Below, piece by piece: positions 19,504-28,613 of a stretch of DNA of 64,000 nucleotides. The first letter of the stretch is position 1, and each line of letters starts with the position of its first letter. Below the pieces are notes generated by a model. It was not told where the DNA came from. It ran no database searches and was given only the letters and a program-made list of their open reading frames with translations. A program made the translations under genes and the position numbers. This DNA is from Candidatus Eiseniibacteriota bacterium (lineage in GTDB: Bacteria; Eisenbacteria; RBG-16-71-46; CAZAMP01), in the NCBI GenBank assembly GCA_965224245.1, contig OZ245046.1:4960001-5024000 (forward strand), given 5' to 3'.

Positions 19504-21300
19504 GTGGACGCGACCGCGTTGGCAGAGCCCTCGACATCGATCCGGTCCGAGCTGGACCGGGCGCTAGCGGACCTCCCGATCCTGGTCGTCGACCTTCAGA
19601 CGACGGGCGCGACCCCCGAGCGCGGCACCATTCTCGACGCCGCCTGGATCGTGACGAACGCCCGTGACCGGCCCGACGAGAGCCGCATCCGGCACACGCT
19701 CGTCGCCCAGCCCGACGGTGCGTCGATCCCGCGACCGATCGCACGCCTGACCGGTCTCACGGACTCCGATCTCACCGATGCCGTCTCGCCGGCCGATCTC
19801 TGGGCGGCCCTCACCGCGTGCATGCAGGCCGACGGTCGCGAGCGTCCGCTTCCCCTGGCGCACTGCGCGAGCTTCGAGGACCGCTTCCTCCGCGCCCTCC
19901 ACGTCTCGGCAGCGCCGGCGACTCCGTATCCGTTCGAGTTTCTGTGCACGCTGGAGATCGCGCGGCGGCTCTATCCGGATCTCCCGCGCCGAGGGCTTCG
20001 CGCGCTGTCGGGCTACTTCGGGCTCGTTCTGCCCGAGCTGAAGCGGGCCCGCGCACAGGTGCTCGCGACGATGCGCGTGTGGTCGTCACTCGTCGACCGA
20101 CTCGAGGGCGAGGGCGTTCACACGCTGGGCGATCTTCATCGTCTCGTGACGCGACCGTCGCCGAGGCGGGGCAAGACGTGGGCGGTGCCGCTCGTTCGAG
20201 ACCGACGGCTCTCGCTCCCCGACGCGCCAGGGGTGTACAGGCTCTTAGGACCCCGAGGCGAGGTGCTCTACGTCGGGAAGGCGCGCTCGCTCAGGACCCG
20301 CGTCAACAGCTACTACCGACGGCGCCGGATGGAGGAGAAGCTGCTGGAGCTGATCTCCCAGGTTCGCGAGGTCCGGGTGACCCGGACGAGATCCGCGCTG
20401 GAGGCGGCCATCGTCGAGGACGCCGAGATCAAGCACCTCGCGCCGCCGTACAACCGGGCGCTCCGGGATCGAGGGCGAAGCGTGTGGTACTTCACGTGCG
20501 ACCTGTCCGGCGCGGTTCCCGGCGAGGAGGCCCGCCCCGGCGTGCACCGCGTGGGGCCGTTCCCGTCCCGCGACGTTGTCGACGCCGTCGCGACCATCGG
20601 ACGTTGCCTCGATCGAGACGAGCCGCGCGTGCCCGACGTCGCGTCCGCCCGGACGGCGCTCGGCCTCTCCCGCGCGCGCGTGACACCCGAGACCCTCGTG
20701 GACGGGCTCGCCCGGTTCGCCGTCACCCACGCGCTCCGCCCGGGCGTGTCCGATCCTCGCCACCTCTTCCAGCTCGGGACGCGACTCTGGCGGGAGCGCC
20801 GGGACGCGGACGGCGAGGACGTCGCCGCCGACGTCACCGACGTCACCGACGCCACCGACGCCACGGAGACCGCTCGGTCGGATACCGCGGCCGATCCCCT
20901 CGACGCCGACGGCGTGGCCCGCCACCTCGAGTGGCTCGTGATCTCGTGCGCGCGCCTGCGCCGCCGTGCGAGAGTTCTCCGGCTCCTCGGTTCGTCGACG
21001 CTCCGCTGGACACGGGACCCGCACGCACGAGAGCTTCACGTTCGCGACGGACGGCTCGATGGCCTCGACGTCGGCGACCCGGCAGTCGCGGCTCGCGCAC
21101 GAGGTGGAGACGACCGCGCGGTGTCGAGCGATGGCACGGACGCCGCGTTCCTGATCCGCGACCGCGTCACGTACGATCGCCTTCGTGTCCTAATGACCGA
21201 GATCCGCCGTCTCGCCCGTGACCGGGACGTCACCCTCCGGATTCGAGGAGGCCCCGTCATGGGGTCGCGTGCGATCGCCCGCATGCTGGCCGACGCATGA
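19504..21300 (+). CDS. DEDD exonuclease-like domain fused to GIY-YIG (UvrC/Cho-like) nuclease
   Basis: VVDLQTTG, AHCASFE, LCTLEIARRLYP; PGVYRL...LYVGKARSLRTRVNSY...EIKHLAPPYN. Confidence 0.85.
   Translation: MDATALAEPSTSIRSELDRALADLPILVVDLQTTGATPERGTILDAAWIVTNARDRPDESRIRHTLVAQPDGASIPRPIARLTGLTDSDLTDAVSPADLWAALTACMQADGRERPLPLAHCASFEDRFLRALHVSAAPATPYPFEFLCTLEIARRLYPDLPRRGLRALSGYFGLVLPELKRARAQVLATMRVWSSLVDRLEGEGVHTLGDLHRLVTRPSPRRGKTWAVPLVRDRRLSLPDAPGVYRLLGPRGEVLYVGKARSLRTRVNSYYRRRRMEEKLLELISQVREVRVTRTRSALEAAIVEDAEIKHLAPPYNRALRDRGRSVWYFTCDLSGAVPGEEARPGVHRVGPFPSRDVVDAVATIGRCLDRDEPRVPDVASARTALGLSRARVTPETLVDGLARFAVTHALRPGVSDPRHLFQLGTRLWRERRDADGEDVAADVTDVTDATDATETARSDTAADPLDADGVARHLEWLVISCARLRRRARVLRLLGSSTLRWTRDPHARELHVRDGRLDGLDVGDPAVAARARGGDDRAVSSDGTDAAFLIRDRVTYDRLRVLMTEIRRLARDRDVTLRIRGGPVMGSRAIARMLADA
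20830..20865 (+). repeat. In-frame 9-bp tandem repeat, 4 units (GACGYCACS; DVT-DVT-DAT-DAT)
   Basis: gacgtcacc gacgtcacc gacgccacc gacgccacg. Confidence 0.8.
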
Positions 21301-22355
21301 CGCTGCGGGTGCTCCTGCTCGCGGACACGCATCTGGGCTTCGATCACCCTCTGAAGCCCCGCGTGCGACGGCGCCACCGCGGACCCGACTTCGTCGCGAA
21401 CCTGGACCGGGCGCTGGCGCCGGCGCTGGAGGGTCGCGTGCACCTGGTGCTGCACGGCGGCGACGTCTTCCACACGCCACGGGTGCCGGCCTCGATCGTC
21501 ACCCATGCGATCGATCGCTTCCGGCGCGTGGCGGAGCGGGTTCCCGTGGTCGTGGTCGCCGGCAATCACGAGCGGTCGGTGATCCCGATGCGCCTGTGCT
21601 GGGGCGCCGACGGCCTCCACATCCTCGACGAGCCCTCGACGATCGTGCTGAACGCGGCCGGCCGGCGCGTCGCGATCTCGGGGTTTCCGTTCTCGCGAAC
21701 CGATCTCCGGCGGACGTTCTCCGATCTGGTCGATGCGACAGGATGGCGGACCGCCGGCGCCGACATCCGCCTGCTCCTGATGCATCACACCGTCGAGGGA
21801 GCGACGGTCGGTCCCGCGGACTACACGTTTCGCCGGGGCCGCGACGTCGTACCCGGGCGACGGTTGCCGGCGGGGTTCGACGCCATCCTGTCGGGGCACA
21901 TCCACCGGGCGCAGGTCCTCGAGCGCGGCCTCGACGGCCGGCCGTTCCCGTGCCCCGTGATCTACCCCGGATCCATCGAGCGCACCTCGTTCGCCGAGCG
22001 GGACGAGCCCAAGAGCACGACCCACCTGATCTGGTCCGATCGTGGCGACCTGACGATCGAGCGATGTCCTCTGCCCGCCCGGCCGATGACCACGATCCGG
22101 CTCGACGTGACCGGTCGCTCCGAGACCTGGATCGAGGCCGCGCTCCGCTCCGCGCTCGCGGAGCAGCCCGACGACGCGATCATTCGCCTCCAGATCGTCG
22201 GTGACCCGGGGCCCTCGATCGCGCCCCTCCGCGCCGCGGCGCTGCGCGGTGTGATCCGCCGGACGCAGACGCTCGAAACGTCGTGGCGATCCCCGGCGAT
22301 CGCGTCGTACTCTGCCCGCGACACATCCATGCCCTCCGCCGGGGACCGTTCATGA
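21297..22355 (+). CDS. SbcD/Mre11-like metallophosphoesterase (DNA repair nuclease)
   Basis: ADTHLG, GGDVFH, AGNHE, MHH, SGHIH, YPGSIER; ATGA overlap with upstream gene. Confidence 0.9.
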   Translation: MTLRVLLLADTHLGFDHPLKPRVRRRHRGPDFVANLDRALAPALEGRVHLVLHGGDVFHTPRVPASIVTHAIDRFRRVAERVPVVVVAGNHERSVIPMRLCWGADGLHILDEPSTIVLNAAGRRVAISGFPFSRTDLRRTFSDLVDATGWRTAGADIRLLLMHHTVEGATVGPADYTFRRGRDVVPGRRLPAGFDAILSGHIHRAQVLERGLDGRPFPCPVIYPGSIERTSFAERDEPKSTTHLIWSDRGDLTIERCPLPARPMTTIRLDVTGRSETWIEAALRSALAEQPDDAIIRLQIVGDPGPSIAPLRAAALRGVIRRTQTLETSWRSPAIASYSARDTSMPSAGDRS

Positions 22356-23113
22356 CGTCGAGACTCTCACACGCGCTGATCACGACCGCCGTCGGTCTGG
22401 TCATCGCGACCGCCGCCGACGCGCAGATCCTGAACACGCTCCGGGGCTGGTCCGACACCGAGCCGGGGTGGAGCGGCAAGCTGGGGGCGTCGTTCAGTGC
22501 CAGCGGCGGCAACACGGACGTCGTGTCCCTCGCGGCCTCGGCGCGGGCCCAGTGGCGCGGGGGCCGCCATCGGGTCCGGGGGCTGGTCGGCGGGTCGCGC
22601 ACCGAGTCCGATGGCCGGAAATCCTCCGAGTCGCTGGTCGGTCACGTCCGACACAACGTCGAGGTCGTGACCGGGATCTCGACTCTCGTGTTCGCGCAGG
22701 TCCAGGAGAACCCCTTTCAGCGCCTGAAGAGCCGCGTTCTCCTGGGGGCCGGCGGTCGTGTCGACGTCGCCCGCCGCGAGACGTGGGAGCTCTCGGTGGG
22801 GGTCGCCCACATGTTCGAGGCCGAGCGCCTCGACGGCGAGTCCGGCCGCCGCGAGGATCACCGCCTTTCCAGCTTCGCCTCGGCCGAGGGTGAGCTATCG
22901 GAAACCGTAACCATTGATGCGACAGCGTTTTACCAGCCGCTGTGGTCGGACTTCGCCGACAGCCGGCTGGTCGCGAGCGGATCGATCTCGGTCGCGCTGG
23001 TGGGGTCGCTGTCCCTCGACGTGGCGGGCGCCGTCCAGGTCGACACCCGTCCGCCGGACGGCGTCGGGCGGCGGGACTGGAGCCAGATCACGGGGCTCTC
23101 GGTGTCGTTCTGA
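22352..23113 (+). CDS. DUF481-family outer-membrane beta-barrel
   Basis: Signal peptide AQILN; WSGKLGASFSASGGNT; FYQP; terminal ITGLSVSF; ATGA overlap. Confidence 0.8.
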   Translation: MTSRLSHALITTAVGLVIATAADAQILNTLRGWSDTEPGWSGKLGASFSASGGNTDVVSLAASARAQWRGGRHRVRGLVGGSRTESDGRKSSESLVGHVRHNVEVVTGISTLVFAQVQENPFQRLKSRVLLGAGGRVDVARRETWELSVGVAHMFEAERLDGESGRREDHRLSSFASAEGELSETVTIDATAFYQPLWSDFADSRLVASGSISVALVGSLSLDVAGAVQVDTRPPDGVGRRDWSQITGLSVSF

Positions 23114-23156
23114 GCCACCGCGGAGCCGGCGGCCGAGCGCCCAAAAGAAAGACCTA

Positions 23157-23185
23157 TTGACACCCTTCGGAGTTGCCGATAGCCT
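23157..23185 (+). promoter_or_regulatory. Sigma70-type promoter for the RRM gene
   Basis: TTGACA (23157-23162), 17-bp spacer, TAGCCT (23180-23185). Confidence 0.7.
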
Positions 23186-23384
23186 TTTCCGAGCGGCCCC
23201 TGGCGAGCCGTGAAGTTCAGGTAAGAACTGCTCGAGGATCCTAGACCCTTCCGCACGCCTTCCTAGCCTCACTCGTGCCCAGATCAGCCGTCTTCGTAAA
23301 GGGATTCGACCTCGGTCGTTTCCCGGGTTTTCTCAGAGAGCACGCCGGTTTTTCGAACGGTGTGCGGCAAAAGGATCCGTTTCA

Positions 23385-23654
23385 ATGACCAAGAAGATCT
23401 ATGTCGGCAACCTCCCGTTCAGCGCAGCCGAGAGCGACATTCGTGAGCTCTTCGAGGCCCACGGTGCCGTTCACTCGGTCGCCCTGATCGAGGACCGCGA
23501 CACGGGCCGCCCGCGCGGTTTCGGTTTCGTCGAGATGGATGACGACGGCGCGGCGGCCGCGATCGCGGCCCTCAACGGCACCGAGATGGGTGGCCGTACG
23601 CTCAACATCAACGAGGCTCGCCCCCGCGAGGACCGCTCGCGCAATCGCTGGTAA
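23385..23654 (+). CDS. RRM (RNP-1) RNA-binding protein
   Basis: RNP2 IYVGNL, RNP1 RGFGFVEM, LNGTEMGGRTLNINEARPR. Confidence 0.97.
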   Translation: MTKKIYVGNLPFSAAESDIRELFEAHGAVHSVALIEDRDTGRPRGFGFVEMDDDGAAAAIAALNGTEMGGRTLNINEARPREDRSRNRW

Positions 23655-23666
23655 GCTGAACCGACT

Positions 23667-23706
23667 CGGCGCCGCTCGGGGTTTCCCGGGCGGCGCCGTT
23701 TTTTTG
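23667..23706 (+). terminator. Rho-independent terminator
   Basis: CGGCGCCGCTCGGG-GTTT-CCCGGGCGGCGCCG followed by T7. Confidence 0.9.
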
Positions 23707-24155
23707 TGCCCGCCCGATCACCTCCCGTCGCCCATAGCCGGCTATGGCCACGCGGCTCCCCAGCACATGGCCCTCCTCGTTCGCGACCCCCGGACCACGG
23801 GCGCGGACTTGACGTCAATTCAAATATGATATAACGTTCATCCATGATTGGCTCGATGGTTTGATCGTCCTTCGTGGGACGTTCGCCACGGATGGCGACC
23901 GCCCGCCGTCGCGCAGGATCCGCACACCCTGGCATTGCGGAGCGGCGCTGGATCCCGACGCGCCTCTGGGCACGGCGCGGAGGGAACATCGCCGGCTGCA
24001 CCGGTGACGGCGTCGTCGAGGGTGACCCGGGCGCGGGGTTGCTCACATTCGACGACGTCGTCGCCGGTGCTTTATGTGGGCCGGCACGAGTCCGTCGTCA
24101 GCTGCCGGTGGCCGGCGCGTCGGGGCCCGTCTCGGTCTCGAGTCGACCAGGAAGC

Positions 24156-25973
24156 TCACCCACCGACGACGGCGGGCTCCCGCGACTGCGGCGGAACGAG
24201 CGAATCCAGCTCGCGCCCGAGCGCGGCCAGGATCTCCATCGCGCGCTCGCGGCCGGGGATGATCCCGTGGGCGACGAGATCGCGGTAGTACTCGAGTCCC
24301 TCGCGGAGGTTGGCGCCGTACTCGAGCAGGTTGCGGATGGCGCCGCCCAGTCCGGCCTTGCGCCGATCGATCTCGGTGCGGAGGAAGTCGAGGTACAGCG
24401 AGAACTCCCGTACGAACATGTGCGGTCGCATCTCGTTCGACATCACCGAGCCGCGCCCGTAGATGTGCCCGACCATCTCGTCGAGCGAGCACGTCCGGTG
24501 AAAGTTCACGATGTTCGGACCACAGCAGACCGCCGGCGTGACGACGTCGCTCTCGTCGGCGCCCGGGGCCACGCCCGCGAGGTCGTGGCAGATGCACGAC
24601 TTCGACAGCATCAGCTCCTCGGTCAGCGTGGGATCGGCCGACGCATCCACCTCGCTCTCCAGCTCCTTCAGCTTCCGGCGCTGATAGCCTCGCGAGGCGG
24701 TGCAGATCGGCGTCTCGGTGAACTCGGTGTTGAACTGCAGGAACCCCTTCGGGCAAGAGCTCCCGGGGGCGCCCCGCCGGATGCGTGCGCGACGGGCCTC
24801 CTCGCTCGCCGACGAGCGTAGGTTCCAGAAGGGAATCCCCAGCGGGGACGCGTCGCTGAGGAACACGTCGTCGTCGTCGGCCTCGCAGAGCTTCGCCACG
24901 TGCTCGTCGTCCACGTTCACGACGTCGGGAACGAGGAGAAACGGCGTGCCCCACCCGGTACCGTCCAGCCCGTAGTGGGTCATCATCAGCTGCTGCTCCT
25001 CGTGGGTGCCGATCCCCCCCTGCGCGGTCACGCGCTGCTCGGGCATCCCGGCCGACGGCCGACGTCCCGCCCGCCGGAGTGCCTCGACGTAGAGCTCGTA
25101 CAGCTGAATGGCCATCGTCTCACGCGTGCGCCGGAACTCGTCGAGAATGGGTCCCATCAGGTGACCCTGGGTAGCGAAGGCATGACCGCCGCAGTTCAGA
25201 CCCGACTCGATGCGAAACTCGGTGACCCACAGCCCCATCTTGGCCAGGAACCGCCCCTGGATCATCGCGGAGCGGAGATCGCTCACCTTGAGGATGATGT
25301 GCTTGGTCAGCTCGCCGCGCCCATCGGGGAAGAAGTCGTCGAACTTCGAGATGTACGAGTACAGCCGTCGGTTCATGCCCGCCGACAGGACGACCGAGCC
25401 GCGGATCCGGCTGCGCGCGAAGCCACGAAGCGCGGAGAGCGCGTCCGAGTTCTCCGGCGTTTGCGGGACGCCCTTCTTGACGGGGTCGCGATCGAGCTTC
25501 GTCATGATGTTGACGTCGATGCGTCCAGGCACGACCGCCGCGCGGAGCTCGCGCTCCAGTCGGGCGCGGGCATCGGGATCGCGCATGGACGTCATGCGTT
25601 CGTACATCCGCCGGAGCGGGGACTCGGGAAGCAGCTCGAAGTACCGGGTGATCTCGCTTCCCGGCTCGAAGCGCGCACGCTTCAGCCGTCGCACCTGCCT
25701 GGCCACGAGCCGATCGAGCAGGTCGAGATACGACGTGATGCGCCGGGCGCGGCTGTCGTGCTCGTCGGCGGCGATCTCCTCGTAATGATGTCCCGCCAGT
25801 CGACTGTGCAGCCGACGCATGCGCTCGATGAGCACGTCGTCGACCAGCGACACCACCGACGAGATCCCGAAGCGCGCCACCTTCAGTGGTGTGTCGATCG
25901 TGAACCCGGTTCCCATGACGGGAATGTGAAACGTGTGAACGGGGGGTCGATCGCGACCGGGACTGGTGGACAT
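24156..25973 (-). CDS. Conserved ~600-aa putative flavin-dependent TIM-barrel oxidoreductase (nitronate monooxygenase/FabK-like) with Cys cluster
   Basis: HTFHIPVMGTGFTIDTP, IDVNIMTKLD, ESGLNCGGHAF, TAQGGIG, GWGTPFL; CPKG, PICTAS, CICHDL; start reassigned to MSTSPG. Confidence 0.7.
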   Translation of the reverse strand: MSTSPGRDRPPVHTFHIPVMGTGFTIDTPLKVARFGISSVVSLVDDVLIERMRRLHSRLAGHHYEEIAADEHDSRARRITSYLDLLDRLVARQVRRLKRARFEPGSEITRYFELLPESPLRRMYERMTSMRDPDARARLERELRAAVVPGRIDVNIMTKLDRDPVKKGVPQTPENSDALSALRGFARSRIRGSVVLSAGMNRRLYSYISKFDDFFPDGRGELTKHIILKVSDLRSAMIQGRFLAKMGLWVTEFRIESGLNCGGHAFATQGHLMGPILDEFRRTRETMAIQLYELYVEALRRAGRRPSAGMPEQRVTAQGGIGTHEEQQLMMTHYGLDGTGWGTPFLLVPDVVNVDDEHVAKLCEADDDDVFLSDASPLGIPFWNLRSSASEEARRARIRRGAPGSSCPKGFLQFNTEFTETPICTASRGYQRRKLKELESEVDASADPTLTEELMLSKSCICHDLAGVAPGADESDVVTPAVCCGPNIVNFHRTCSLDEMVGHIYGRGSVMSNEMRPHMFVREFSLYLDFLRTEIDRRKAGLGGAIRNLLEYGANLREGLEYYRDLVAHGIIPGRERAMEILAALGRELDSLVPPQSREPAVVGG

Positions 25974-26204
25974 GAGGGATCGACCTCTTCGTGTCGGGGG
26001 TCGGGGCGCCTTCGGACTCGAACGAGACCGATCGTGCCGGGTGAGAGTAACGCACCGCCGGACAATCGCGTAGGACTGCGTTGCCGGCGCCGCGGTCCGG
26101 CCCCGTGTCGCCACTCCCCCGGATGCCTCTCGATGTACCCGTTCGTACTTCAGCCAGCCGGCCGGAGGTCCCGGCAGCGGCGGTCTATGTCATAAGTCAT
26201 TCAA

Positions 26205-26217
26205 TATCAACAAGTTG
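26205..26217. promoter_or_regulatory. IHF-like binding site
   Basis: TATCAACAAGTTG matches WATCAANNNNTTR exactly, inside an AT-rich patch between divergent genes. Confidence 0.55.
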
Positions 26218-26337
26218 AGCAACACGGCAGTCGGGCCGGGCGCGCGTGCTCCAGAATCGGCACGCCCGGCCCCACACCCGAAACCGGTTTCTGTGAAGCT
26301 CGATGCTGTAGTATGAGCGTCACGAAGGGGGACGAAC

Positions 26338-26838
26338 GTGCGAGCTGTCCGCCATGCCGAGACCAGACGCGACGCGAGCGTCCGCCCTCGCGTCCCGGGC
26401 TGGCTGAGCCTCGTGGCCGTCGTCGCCTGCGGGGCCGCGACCGGCTGCACGGCGGTGGGCTACGGGCTCGGGTCGGCCGCCGACGGACTGCGCTACGCGC
26501 CGGTCCCGATGGACACCCCCGTCGCAGACGACGAGAGCGTCAAAGTCGTCACGAGCGACGGGCGAACGTACGTCGGTTCCTACGACCCGATCCGCGACGG
26601 CGAGGGCCGCCCGGTCGCGCTCGTGTTCGAGCGCCGGGGTGAGGCGACCTCGCCCTGGACGTCCGCGTCGGTGCGGGACACGATCGACGTCGCCTCGATC
26701 GAGCGCCTCGAGACCCGGTCCTCGGACTCCCACGAGTGGCGGACGGTGGGTCTCGCGGTGGGTCTTGTCGTGGACGTCTCGACGTTCGTCGCCGTGATGA
26801 CCGTGGCGAGGTCACTCGACAACATGTTCTCGCGCTGA
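26338..26838 (+). CDS. Hypothetical lipoprotein with C-terminal hydrophobic helix
   Basis: Hydrophobic leader ending ATGC; C-terminal VGLAVGLVVDVSTFVAVM; start uncertain. Confidence 0.6.
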   Translation: MRAVRHAETRRDASVRPRVPGWLSLVAVVACGAATGCTAVGYGLGSAADGLRYAPVPMDTPVADDESVKVVTSDGRTYVGSYDPIRDGEGRPVALVFERRGEATSPWTSASVRDTIDVASIERLETRSSDSHEWRTVGLAVGLVVDVSTFVAVMTVARSLDNMFSR

Positions 26839-26914
26839 CCCGGACGCGATCGCCCCTCGCCCCCGCGCGCCGCATCCAGGGCGCCGCATCCCACCAGGCG
26901 CCGATCCGGCCCGA

Positions 26915-27604
26915 TCAGAACGGGACGTCGACCGCGCGGCAGAGGAACCGCATGAAGGGCGTGGCATCGGCGCAGCGCCGGGCGATCTCGTCGGGGAGCG
27001 TCCGGCTCGCCACGAGGCGCGGCGTCAGCGCGGTGACCGCGATGAAGTCCTTGCGCATCAGATCGTCCACGAACGGGTGCCCGGGATCGAAGCCTCGCGG
27101 CGGCCGCTTCAGCCGGCCCCCTTCGAGCCGGAACGCCTCGGCGAAGGGTGCGGCATCCCTCGCCTTTCGCCAGTCCGCGGGGCGCCCGGCGATGCGCTCC
27201 CGGATCCCGCGGAGGGCGTCGGGCTCCGGATGCCACATCCCAACGCCCAGGAACAGCGAGCCCGGCTCGACGTGGACGTAGTAGCCGGGCGCGTGGACGT
27301 CTTTTCCCGCCGCATGCCGGAACTGGATGCCCACGTTGGTCTTGTAGGGCGCCTTGTTCTTCGAGAATCGCGTGTCGCGGTAGACGCGCATGATCGACCC
27401 GCCGCTCTTCTTGGGCACGGCCTCGAAGTGCCGGCTGATCCTCCGGAGCCGGGGACCCATCTCCGACACGAACGCCAGCGCCGGCTCCATCACGTCGCGC
27501 TCGTAGCGCGCCTTGTTCGCGGTGAACCACTCACGGTCGTTGTTCGACGAGAGCTCGGTCAGGAACGACATCGTCTTCCGCCCGAAGCCCGAAAAGTCCG
27601 CCAT
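26915..27604 (-). CDS. DUF2461 family protein
   Basis: FLTELSSNNDREWF, RVYRDTRFSKNKAPYK, LKRPPRGF; ATG at 27604 after GAGGAG. Confidence 0.9.
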   Translation of the reverse strand: MADFSGFGRKTMSFLTELSSNNDREWFTANKARYERDVMEPALAFVSEMGPRLRRISRHFEAVPKKSGGSIMRVYRDTRFSKNKAPYKTNVGIQFRHAAGKDVHAPGYYVHVEPGSLFLGVGMWHPEPDALRGIRERIAGRPADWRKARDAAPFAEAFRLEGGRLKRPPRGFDPGHPFVDDLMRKDFIAVTALTPRLVASRTLPDEIARRCADATPFMRFLCRAVDVPF

Positions 27605-27739
27605 GCGTCGCACTCCTCTTCCGGTTCTGTCGACCTCCACGACGATCAGGGTATACTGACGGGCCGCTCCACACACGATCAACCGGTTCGGCCGGCTGCG
27701 CCGGGTCCGACGCACACGTCCGAGAAAGGGTCGCTCGCC

Positions 27740-28174
27740 GTGCACCGATCACAGCACATCAAGGACATCATGATTCGTGACGTCGTCACTCTGAGCCCGC
27801 AGGATCCGGTCACCGAGGCGATCGCGCTCATGGCCGAGGAGCGCGTATCCGCGATCCCCGTCGTGGACGCCAAGCGGCGATGCGTGGGAGTCCTGTCGGT
27901 CACCGATCTCGTTCGCCTGGCGGGGGCGACGCTCCCGGGAGCGCCCGATCCCGACGAGCTTCTCGGAGCCGGAGCGGCGCACGATCACGGCCAGCTCGTC
28001 CGAGACGTCATGGAGACCCGTGTGCTGAGCGTGAAGCCCGAGGAGCCGGTGCTCGATGCGGCGCGCGAGATGGTCAGAAGTCGTGTGCACCGACTCGTCG
28101 TGATCGACGGCGACGATCGCGTTCAGGGGATCGTGTCCACGATGGATCTTCTCGAGGCGCTCACGGCCGAATAG
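27740..28174 (+). CDS. CBS-pair protein
   Basis: IKDIMIRDVVTL...IPVVD...GVLSVTDL; VRDVM...RLVVID...GIVSTMDLL; GTG start. Confidence 0.9.
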   Translation: MHRSQHIKDIMIRDVVTLSPQDPVTEAIALMAEERVSAIPVVDAKRRCVGVLSVTDLVRLAGATLPGAPDPDELLGAGAAHDHGQLVRDVMETRVLSVKPEEPVLDAAREMVRSRVHRLVVIDGDDRVQGIVSTMDLLEALTAE

Positions 28175-28613
28175 CCTGCCGTCCGGCGAGCACACGCGCC
28201 GCCGGAGGGACGCGACCGTCCCACGCGCCATATGAACTCCGAGATGTGTTCACGAGCCTCGCGTGCAATGCGCGCTCACGATGCGCGAACGACTCGCACC
28301 TTGACACGTCCTCCGCACGCGCGAGACCATTGAGTCATTCGGAGAGTCTCGACCGCCATCGTTCGGTAGATGATGCCATACGACGACGCCATTGCACGGA
28401 CCCCATTCGTCCCGCCGTCGCGACAGCCCGCGTTGCGACGTCACCGGTCGCGAGGCGGCTGTCCCGTGCCGAGACGCGTCGCGCGCGGATCCGGCACTCT
28501 CAGGTCCTTTCACCCCCATACGACGGAGGCCGCACCCCGTCCGAGCCACGATTCACGAGAACCCGCCCGCACACCCACGCGTGGCGCCATGCCACTCTCC
28601 CAAAGGTGGAGCC

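Noticed and set aside
23190-23384. tRNA, SRP or known riboswitch in the RRM leader
   Set aside because: No cloverleaf/T-loop or aptamer consensus that I can recognise; kept only as a candidate novel leader
28301-28330. Sigma70 promoter for the TGase operon (TTGACA-N18-GACCAT)
   Set aside because: Perfect -35 but poor -10 and long spacer; plausible but unsupported
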